Below are positions 16,819 through 24,000 of a DNA stretch of 24,000 bases, one piece after another (within the stretch, counting starts at the first letter, position 1; every line of letters starts with the position of its first letter). Location: assembly GCA_964620915.1 (NCBI GenBank), contig CAZUKP010000045.1, positions 237-24,236 on the forward strand, given 5' to 3'. The translations under genes and the position numbers were made by a program. The stretch is from an uncultured Hyphomicrobium sp. GTDB lineage: Bacteria > Pseudomonadota > Alphaproteobacteria > Rhizobiales > Hyphomicrobiaceae. The notes beneath the pieces are model-generated. The model was not told the origin of the DNA and made no database searches. It saw only the letters and a program-made list of their open reading frames with translations.

Positions 16819-17493
16819 TCACTCCGCGTCGGAATCCTGACGCTGCGATAGAATGGCATCGAAATCGATCCTAGCCGCCTCTATGACGGCTTGCGTTCGG
16901 GACGTAACTTTGAGTTTGCGCAGGATTTCCGAGACGTGGGCCTTAATTGTGGCCTCTCCGACGCCAAACTCGTGCGCGATCTTTTTATTTTGCTTGCCTT
17001 GACGCAGCATCTGCAGAACACGGAGTTGCTGCGGAGTAAGCGTGGCAAGGCGGGCGCTGAGATCCGACTCGCACCTGCGATCATCCCCTTCCGGTATCTG
17101 ATATGCCTTCGGCAATGTGATCGAGCCCGCCATCACGTCGCGGATGGCAGAAGCAAGATCCAAACCCCGCGTTGATTTTGGTATGAAGCCGGCAGCCCCG
17201 CAGGCTAACACCTCCTGGACTATTCGAGGGTCTTCCATCGCGGAGACGATCACTATTGGCAGTTTGGGATAAGAAGTCCTGAGCTCCAGCAGCCCATCGA
17301 GACCATGGGTTTCGGGCAGTGCTAGATCGAGCAGAGCGATATCGAAGCTCGGGTTTCTATCGATGGCCGCGCGCGCCGATTGAATGGACGTCGCTTCGTC
17401 GATGCTCGCGCCTGGAAAGGCGCCTTGAACTACAAGCTTCAAGGCTTCGATGAACAAAGGGTGGTCGTCGACAATCAAGAAACTCGTCGGCAC
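16819..17493 (-). CDS. NarL/FixJ (LuxR-type HTH) family response regulator
   Basis: GTG start at 17491-17493 with GAGGAG about 9 nt upstream. Receiver FLIVDDHPLF...IALLDLALP...FIPKS. C-terminal HTH LTPQQLRVLQMLRQGKQNKKIAHEFGVGEATIKAHVSEILRKL. Confidence 0.9.
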   Translation of the reverse strand: MPTSFLIVDDHPLFIEALKLVVQGAFPGASIDEATSIQSARAAIDRNPSFDIALLDLALPETHGLDGLLELRTSYPKLPIVIVSAMEDPRIVQEVLACGAAGFIPKSTRGLDLASAIRDVMAGSITLPKAYQIPEGDDRRCESDLSARLATLTPQQLRVLQMLRQGKQNKKIAHEFGVGEATIKAHVSEILRKLKVTSRTQAVIEAARIDFDAILSQRQDSDAE

Positions 17494-17595
17494 CGCAATT
17501 TGTCTCCTCAGAGACAGTTGGCGCGCCTAGAGCCGTCCCAGGAAAGATTCAGTTAGGCGCTTCCCGTGAGCCGGTCTTCAAGGCCAGCTTCTACC

Positions 17596-17616
17596 ATTGA
17601 TATTATTGATAAATTA
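17596..17616. promoter_or_regulatory. AT-rich tandem ATTGATA motif upstream of the response-regulator gene (possible promoter/operator)
   Basis: ATTGATA occurs at 17596-17602 and 17605-17611, inside the only strongly AT-rich patch of the 17494-17779 intergenic region and about 100 nt upstream of the regulator start. On the minus strand it reads TAATTTATCAATAATATCAAT. Confidence 0.2.
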
Positions 17617-17779
17617 CTCGATGGAAAGGGCCCAGTAAAGTTACTTCCGGCCCAGTTATCCTTTGGTCACAAAATTTGGCTGGCGATGACCTGACATTCC
17701 AACGCCCTTCCAAGTCGGCCAAATCCGATTCGGAATAGGCGTTGACCATCCATACCGCCGCCTGCTTGAGGGCCGGCGG

Positions 17780-20479
17780 TTATCCTTCTCGCGAGAGAAT
17801 GGAAGCCGGAAACCGGCTAAGGGTGTCTGCCACTGAAAGTGTGGAGCCAGCTTTGACAATGCCGTTTGTAAGGATGTCGCGGAACGGCCGGTTGCCGATA
17901 TTTTCGGGCAACCGGACAGCAGTCTGTCCCCAGCGCTCCGGCGGGACAAACGGCGTATGCTGATCGTGGAGGAGATCGAGAGTCAGCCGGGGCACAATCA
18001 CGATCGCCGCCTGATCGCCAAACACGCGCGCGAAGGCCAGCACATGCTTGGCCGCCGGTCCCTCCACCTGCAAGGGCACATAATCGCCCTTGCCAAACAG
18101 GTCTTGGCGATCGAGGCGGACCCTCAATCCCGTTTGCAGCAAGAACATTTTGGGGACGCCGCTTCGCCAATGGGCGAGGAGCGTTTCGGGGGTGGCATCG
18201 AGCTTGGCTTGCGTCGCTTGGCAGTGATCGAAATCGACCGGGCGGCGATTGTCGGGATCGACCAGGCTCAAGTCCCAAAACTCGGCCCCCTGGTAAATGT
18301 CGGGCACGCCGGGGGCTGTCACTCTGATTGCGCTTTGCGTCAAGCTGTTGAGGGCGCCGGCGATGAAGACCGGTTCGCAAGCAGACACAAAGTCGCTCAG
18401 AAATACGCGCGACTTGGCCGGATCGAGAACGCTCCGTGTGAAGCTTTCGATCGCCTCTTCATAAGCGGCATTCTGTCCGGTCCAGCTCGTGTGAACCTTG
18501 GCCTCGCGCACGGATTTCAACATGAAGCCGGTTAAACGCTCGCTCAGAGTGGCAAGTCCTTCAACATCGCCGGGCTTCAGGTCTGATGGCCACACGCCGG
18601 CGAGGGCCTGATAGAACATCCACTCCGTCTCGGCCTCAGGCACGGCAATGCCCTCGACCTCCCGCCGATGATCTTTGTTCAGATCCGACCAGCGGCGAAC
18701 CGCCTTTGCCCATGACTCAGGCATCTCGCTCAGAACATAGAGTCGGGCACGGGCGTCCTCGCCGCGCTTGGTGTCATGGGTCGATCCCGCGCTAAGTCCG
18801 GCAGCCTGACGCCGCAAGCGCCTTATCATCGCGGCGTGAAACGCGTCGGCCGGCGCGCCGAACCGGTCCGGCTCGCCGCCGACCTCATTCAGCGCGATCA
18901 GGCGGTTGTAGCGGTAGAACGTGGTGTCCTCGAGCGCTTTAGCCATGACCGGACCGGAGGTCTGCTGGAGACGCGTGGCAAATTCGAGCGCGGACGCCTG
19001 GTCCTCGGGGGAGTCGAAGTCGAGGGCAAGCGCGCGGCCGAGGAAGTCGATCGCGTGCTCGTCTTCGACCTCACGCGTTCCCTTGGCCTTCTCGATAGCC
19101 GCGGCGAGAATGGCCCGGTCCTCATCGTGCGCACCCGTCACGTCGACATAAGTGCGGTAGACGGGAAGCGCCGCGACCAGCTCGATGATGGCGCGGCGGA
19201 GCGTGTCGGTGCCGAGATCCCGTGTTGCCAGGTGGCGCGCGGCCAGAGCCCCCGCCATGTCCTTGAGCCGATCGAGCTCGCCGGCAAGATTCCGGGTAAG
19301 CGTGCGCCTCTTGGTCTCGAGCGCGAGCGCGGCATAATCCACATGCTCACCGAGAAAGCCCTCGTAGGCCTCGGTCATGGCGGCTTCGCCGTCCGGATCG
19401 ACCAGGAGCCCGGCGAGGCTGGTAATGAACTCGTAGCCGGTCGTGCCGGCAACGGGCCATTCAGCGCGCAGCTCCTCCTCAGGCCCCAAAATCTTTTCCA
19501 CCACGAGATAAAGCGGATCGCTCTCGCCGAACGTCTTTTGCAGGCGTTCGAGATAGCCGTTCGGGTCGGCCAAGCCGTCGATGTGATCGAGGCGCAAGCC
19601 ATTGACGCTTCCCGATGCAACGAGTTCGCCGACCTTTGCATGCAGCTCATCGAACACGCGCGGACTTTCCACTTTCAACCCGACCAGGTCGGCGATCTCG
19701 AAGAACCGGCGATAGGTCAGTGTCTCCCGGGCAACGCGCCAATAGGTCAGCTGCCAAGTCTGCATCTCATGCAGCTCATGCAGGGCGTTCGTGTCTGCGG
19801 CAACCGCGGCGATGGCAGTTTCAATTACCCGCCTGGTTTCGTTTTCCTGCGCAGCCTCGGCAAGCTCGGCCTTTAGGCCGGGCGAGGTCTCCGGCGTCAC
19901 GACCGCGAAGCGCCGTGCCCATTCGGCAAATTCGTCGCCTTCGGTGCGGGCAAGAACATGGGCATAAGACGGGGGCGTGATCGGGAGCTTGAGGCCGCCG
20001 TAGGAGAACGTGATGCCGCCATCGTTCGTGTCGAAATTGAGCCCGAACTTCCCTTGTTCCAGAGCCTCGCCATAGCTCGTCCCCAGGGCCGGCACGAGCA
20101 GCTTGGGCGCCGCCCAATCGATGTCGAAGAACTGGGCGTAGTCGCTGGCCTGTCCCCACTCCAGCACGTCACGCCAATAGGGATTATAGGTCGATGCACT
20201 CATATGGTTGGGCACGAAATCGAGGAGGAAGCCGAGCCCTTCCGCCTGGAAGGCCGCGATCATGCGTTTGAAGCCCTCATCCCCGCCGAGAACTGGGTCG
20301 ATGACGCAATCGTCGACCACGTCATAGCCGTGCGTCGACCCCGGCTCGGCCTTGAAGATCGGCGATCCGTAAACATGGCTGATGCCGAGGCGCGCCAGGT
20401 ATGGCGCAAGGCCCGCAGCCCGCTCGAAGGTCAGGCTGTTGCGGAACTGCAAGCGATAGGTTGCTGACGGGACGATCAT
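17780..20479 (-). CDS. treY: Malto-oligosyltrehalose synthase
   Basis: 899-aa ORF starting MIVPSATYRLQFRNSLTFERAAGLAPYLARLGISHVYGSPIFKAEPGSTHGYDV, with LRLDHIDGL and other GH13 TreY signatures. Its ATG overlaps the malQ stop (ATGA). Confidence 0.92.
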   Translation of the reverse strand: MIVPSATYRLQFRNSLTFERAAGLAPYLARLGISHVYGSPIFKAEPGSTHGYDVVDDCVIDPVLGGDEGFKRMIAAFQAEGLGFLLDFVPNHMSASTYNPYWRDVLEWGQASDYAQFFDIDWAAPKLLVPALGTSYGEALEQGKFGLNFDTNDGGITFSYGGLKLPITPPSYAHVLARTEGDEFAEWARRFAVVTPETSPGLKAELAEAAQENETRRVIETAIAAVAADTNALHELHEMQTWQLTYWRVARETLTYRRFFEIADLVGLKVESPRVFDELHAKVGELVASGSVNGLRLDHIDGLADPNGYLERLQKTFGESDPLYLVVEKILGPEEELRAEWPVAGTTGYEFITSLAGLLVDPDGEAAMTEAYEGFLGEHVDYAALALETKRRTLTRNLAGELDRLKDMAGALAARHLATRDLGTDTLRRAIIELVAALPVYRTYVDVTGAHDEDRAILAAAIEKAKGTREVEDEHAIDFLGRALALDFDSPEDQASALEFATRLQQTSGPVMAKALEDTTFYRYNRLIALNEVGGEPDRFGAPADAFHAAMIRRLRRQAAGLSAGSTHDTKRGEDARARLYVLSEMPESWAKAVRRWSDLNKDHRREVEGIAVPEAETEWMFYQALAGVWPSDLKPGDVEGLATLSERLTGFMLKSVREAKVHTSWTGQNAAYEEAIESFTRSVLDPAKSRVFLSDFVSACEPVFIAGALNSLTQSAIRVTAPGVPDIYQGAEFWDLSLVDPDNRRPVDFDHCQATQAKLDATPETLLAHWRSGVPKMFLLQTGLRVRLDRQDLFGKGDYVPLQVEGPAAKHVLAFARVFGDQAAIVIVPRLTLDLLHDQHTPFVPPERWGQTAVRLPENIGNRPFRDILTNGIVKAGSTLSVADTLSRFPASILSREG

Positions 20480-22347
20480 GGCGTGCGCGGCCGTTCCCGC
20501 GCGACCGCCGATGTCACCGCGCGGAACAGCTCGGTCGCGGCGATCTCGTCGAGAGTCATCGGCAGTTTCCGGCGCCAGTTCGGGTGCTCGTCGACCGTTC
20601 CCGGAAGATTGGCTTGTTCCAGCTTGCCTGCCAAATCCTCAATCTGCACCGCGAACATGCGTGATGCCGACTTGGCAAGCAAGGTATGGGTGGTCACCAC
20701 GACGGTCTCCGGCAGATCGTCGGGGCAGGGGCGGGTCCCATGCAAAACCCCCTCCATTGACGGCGGCAAGAGACCGCACTCGTTGAGTGCCGCGAGAAGA
20801 CGGCAGCGATCGTTTGCCCGTGCCTCCCGCGCCTGGGCCGCGCTTGCGGGAGAGGCGATCCCCACCCTTGCGTTTTCGTCGATATCGCTCCCCGCCCACC
20901 AGCCCCTTAACGTCGGAAGATCGTGCGTCGAGATGCAGGCAAGGGCCCGGTGAGCGTAATCGGCGGGCGCGCGGAAACGGGCGTCCCCCTCGCGCTCGAA
21001 ATAGAACACGCGGTAACCTTGAATTTCGGCTTCGTGCATCACCTCGCGAAACCCTTCAGGCACCGTGCCAAGATCCTCGCCGATGACGATCGTGCGCCGG
21101 GCCTGGGAGACTTCGGCAAGAACGCGAAGCATATCGCCGAGCGGATAGGTGAGATAGGCGCCGTTTCTCGCCTCGATCTCCTGTGGGATCAGATAAAGCC
21201 GCTTCAGACCCATGGCATGATCGATGCGGACAGCGCCTGCGCTGCGCATGAGTTCGTCGAGGACATCCTTCAGCGGCTCGCAGTGGCGCGCGGTAAGCGC
21301 GGTGGGAGAAAGCGGGGCGAGCCCCCAGTCCTGGCCTCCTTGGTGGAGCATGTCAGGCGGGGCGCCGAGACGGGCTTGTCCGAGCACCGTATCCGGCTCG
21401 GACCAGGTATCGGCCCCGTCCGGTGCGACGCCGACGGCAAGATCGAGATAGAGACCGATGCGCATGCCGGCAGCAAGAGCGCGCTCCTGAGCGTGCCGAA
21501 GCTGCGTCTCGGCCAGCCATTGCAACCACATATGGAAAGCGATGCGATCGGCATTGTCTTGTCCGAACTGCCGCACCGCATCTGCATCGGCCTTCCGGTA
21601 CGCCTCAGGCCAGCCAGGCCAGCCGGCAGGATAGCCTTGGCCGACAAGATCTTCCGACAGCGCCTCGTAGAGAGCAAAGCGGACGAGCGGCGCTCCGCGC
21701 GCGGCGCAGAACTCGGTGAACCGCGTCATGGCTTCGGGCTCGGACCGTTTAAACACACGGTAGGCCTCGTCCAGCGCGCGCCGCTTAAGCCGTGTCACTT
21801 CGGAGTAATTCACGAACTCGCTTGCGCGCGTAGCCGCGGCCGCTTCTCGGTCTGCCGGCACTGCGTATGGCGTTTTATCGAGAGCGATATAGAGGGGATT
21901 GAGGAAGCGTCTGCTCGAGGGCGAATAGGGGCTGATACGCGATGGGTCGGCCAGGAACAGCGCGTGGAGTGGATTCACCCCGATAAAATCGGCGCCGGTA
22001 GACGCAGCGAGCTCGGCCAGCCGGGCGAGGTCTTCGAAGTCGCCAATGCCCCAATTGCGGTCCGAGCGAAGCCCATAAAGTTGGCAGGTGATTCCCCATA
22101 CGCGCCCGTGCGCGAGCCAGCCGGGCATAAAGCAGCGCACGTCCGCCGCCGTCGTGCTGTCGGCTGTGCGTTGCGGCGCCGATTGCAGGCTCGCGGCGAT
22201 CTCGGCCTCGTCCGCGGCTGCGATTCCCAACACGCGCAACAGAGCGCGCTTGGTTGCATCGCTGGCGATGCAGTGTTCGCCTGCTTCGCTGATGTAACTC
22301 GGCTCGATACCGTAAGCCTGAGCCAGCCGGTCAAGAGTGTCGCTCAT
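20476..22347 (-). CDS. malQ: 4-alpha-glucanotransferase (amylomaltase, GH77)
   Basis: From MSDTLDRLAQAYGIEPSY (ATG 22345-22347) the product is 623 aa, with WGITCQLYGLRSDRNWGIGDF, GVNPLHAL, VRIDHAMGL and IGEDLGTVP. The 81-codon upstream extension in the ORF track overlaps the treZ coding end. Confidence 0.88.
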   Translation of the reverse strand: MSDTLDRLAQAYGIEPSYISEAGEHCIASDATKRALLRVLGIAAADEAEIAASLQSAPQRTADSTTAADVRCFMPGWLAHGRVWGITCQLYGLRSDRNWGIGDFEDLARLAELAASTGADFIGVNPLHALFLADPSRISPYSPSSRRFLNPLYIALDKTPYAVPADREAAAATRASEFVNYSEVTRLKRRALDEAYRVFKRSEPEAMTRFTEFCAARGAPLVRFALYEALSEDLVGQGYPAGWPGWPEAYRKADADAVRQFGQDNADRIAFHMWLQWLAETQLRHAQERALAAGMRIGLYLDLAVGVAPDGADTWSEPDTVLGQARLGAPPDMLHQGGQDWGLAPLSPTALTARHCEPLKDVLDELMRSAGAVRIDHAMGLKRLYLIPQEIEARNGAYLTYPLGDMLRVLAEVSQARRTIVIGEDLGTVPEGFREVMHEAEIQGYRVFYFEREGDARFRAPADYAHRALACISTHDLPTLRGWWAGSDIDENARVGIASPASAAQAREARANDRCRLLAALNECGLLPPSMEGVLHGTRPCPDDLPETVVVTTHTLLAKSASRMFAVQIEDLAGKLEQANLPGTVDEHPNWRRKLPMTLDEIAATELFRAVTSAVARERPRTP

Positions 22348-24000
22348 GGCCGGGGCCGGGATTGCGGCGGCACATCGCTGAGCCGCACGACCACAGACCA
22401 GGGGGGGAGGGTGCCGGATTGCAAGCCTGCCGACAGGCCCGGGACTGTTTCGTAGATCAGCTTTCCGGTCGCGGCCTGCCGCACCGAGGTTGGAAGCTTC
22501 CAGATGTCGCCGCTGAGATTTGCAAATAGCACCAGCTCGCTTCCCTCGCCGAGCCGCCACTGGACGGCAAGCCCTTGCGTGTCGGCGCAAAGCGTCGTGC
22601 CGGCATTGCCATCGATGCTCACAAGCCGAGGGGCAATCTCGCGCCGCCGGATTTCGAGCAAACGCCCGACCAGATCGGCCCGCTCGCTATAGGGTGAAGC
22701 CGATTGTTTGTCCCAATCGATCTTCGACGCCTGGAATGTCTCTTCGGCATTCGGGTCCGGGATTCGCTTTCGGGTCTCAGGATCCTGAAAGCTTTGCCAA
22801 CGTCGAAACTCATTGCGGCGTCCCTCGCGAACCTGTTCGCCAAGCTCGCCGTGAAAATCCGTGAAATAGTAGAACGGCCGGGTTTCGCCCCACTCCTCGC
22901 CCATGAACAGCAGCGGAATCTGCGGGCTCAAGAGCAGAATTGCGAGCAGGGCCTCTATGGCTTGCGGTGAGGCCAATGACGAAAGCCGCTCGCCGAAGGC
23001 GCGGTTTCCGACCTGGTCGTGATTTTGCAGGAAATCCACGAAAGCTGTAGGCGGCAGACCCGCGCTCGGTTCGCCGCGGCGCGCGCCATCGCGGAAGACC
23101 GACGGCTCGCCCTGATAGATGTAACCCTCGGCCAGCGCGCGCGCGAGCTTCGCCACCGGAGCCTCGGTGTAGTCGCGGTAATACCCGTCGGACTCGCTCG
23201 TCGCGATGACATGGGCGGCATGATGGAAATCGTCGTTCCATTCGCCCGTGTACAATGTCGGCATGCCGTCTTGGCGTGGATGGAGACTGACGATGTTGCG
23301 ATCGTCCTCGGTGGTCAGATGCACCGGACGATCCCTGATGCGGCTTCGTATCGCGACCGCGATCTCCTCAAGCAAAGACGGCTTGGATTTATCGCGAATC
23401 TGATCGATGGCATCGAGGCGTAAACCGTCGAACCGGAATTCCTCCAGCCAATAAAGGGCGTTCTCGATGAAGAAACTGCGGACCGGCGCGCGGTCGTAAG
23501 CGATCGCGGCACCCCACGGCGTGTGGTCCTCGGGATGGAAGAACTCGGGCGCATAGAGATGCAGGTAATTCCCGTCAGGACCGAAATGGTTGTAGACGAC
23601 ATCGAGAAGGACCATCAGCCCGCGCGCATGTGACGCGTCGATCAGCCGCTTGAGCGCTTCGGGACCGCCATAAGCGACATGCGGCGCATAGAGCAACACG
23701 CCGTCATAGCCCCAGCCGCGATTGCCGGAAAACTGTGCCACAGGCATGAGCTCGATCGCGGTCACCCCGAGTTCGACGAGGTCATCGAGCTTGGCTTCGA
23801 TGCCGGCAAATGTTCCTTCTTCGGTGAAGGTGCCGGGATGAAGCTCGTAGATGACGGCCTCCTCCCAAGGCCTGCCTTGCCAATTTGAGCTTCGCCAATC
23901 GTAGCCGCGCGGGTCGATCAAGAGGGAAGGGCCGTGCACGTCGCCGTCTTGAGCTCGCGCCGCGGGGTCCGGCACGCGCATGCCATCGGGCAATTGGAAC
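22344..24000 (-). CDS. treZ: Malto-oligosyltrehalose trehalohydrolase (GH13), 5' end beyond the window
   Basis: VPDPAARAQDGDVHGPSLLIDPRGYDW...WEEAVIYELHPGTFTEEGTF...GYDGVLLYAP...FDGLRLDAID...WNDDFHH...NHDQVGNR are TreZ/GH13 blocks. The frame stays open to base 24000, and the N-terminal CBM48-like part is missing from the window. Confidence 0.9.
   Translation of the reverse strand, partial: FQLPDGMRVPDPAARAQDGDVHGPSLLIDPRGYDWRSSNWQGRPWEEAVIYELHPGTFTEEGTFAGIEAKLDDLVELGVTAIELMPVAQFSGNRGWGYDGVLLYAPHVAYGGPEALKRLIDASHARGLMVLLDVVYNHFGPDGNYLHLYAPEFFHPEDHTPWGAAIAYDRAPVRSFFIENALYWLEEFRFDGLRLDAIDQIRDKSKPSLLEEIAVAIRSRIRDRPVHLTTEDDRNIVSLHPRQDGMPTLYTGEWNDDFHHAAHVIATSESDGYYRDYTEAPVAKLARALAEGYIYQGEPSVFRDGARRGEPSAGLPPTAFVDFLQNHDQVGNRAFGERLSSLASPQAIEALLAILLLSPQIPLLFMGEEWGETRPFYYFTDFHGELGEQVREGRRNEFRRWQSFQDPETRKRIPDPNAEETFQASKIDWDKQSASPYSERADLVGRLLEIRRREIAPRLVSIDGNAGTTLCADTQGLAVQWRLGEGSELVLFANLSGDIWKLPTSVRQAATGKLIYETVPGLSAGLQSGTLPPWSVVVRLSDVPPQSRPRP

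Noticed and set aside
20923-22455. A 510-aa plus-strand ORF, with similar long plus-strand ORFs at 18776..19876 and 17957..18535
   Set aside because: They are antisense to malQ and treY, whose products carry unmistakable GH77 and GH13 motifs. The antisense translations are Arg/Gly/Ala-rich low-complexity sequences typical of shadow ORFs in GC-rich DNA.

Overview
GC-rich proteobacterial chromosomal window, heterotroph-like at both ends, with no rRNA, tRNA, CRISPR array, transposase or integrase that I could recognise. Left part (1-6480): serine biosynthesis genes (serC clipped by the window edge, a divergent small HAD-type phosphoserine phosphatase, serA), a secreted hypothetical protein, and a DUF779 gene downstream of an aldehyde dehydrogenase, all but the phosphatase on the minus strand. 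At about 6466-6482 the aldehyde dehydrogenase loses its 5' third and abuts, head to head, a 5'-truncated amoC/pmoC-like gene. From there a copper membrane monooxygenase (CuMMO) operon runs in C-A-B order (6466-9289). It is followed on the same strand by a copper-handling module: a PmoD/AmoD-like anchored periplasmic protein, a lipoprotein esterase, CopC, a CopD-cytochrome c-thioredoxin-like fusion, and a His-rich periplasmic protein. Next come a GFA-family protein, a fluoroacetate/haloacetate dehalogenase-like hydrolase, and a convergent pair of a cytoplasmic hybrid histidine kinase and a LuxR/NarL response regulator. The right end is a translationally coupled treZ-malQ-treY operon on the minus strand, with treZ clipped by the window edge. 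The most interesting content is the AMO-like CuMMO with its accessory copper module in a non-nitrifier-looking context, and the abrupt double truncation at its 5' boundary. All functional calls rest on motif recognition by eye and remembered reference sequences. None has been confirmed by a database search.
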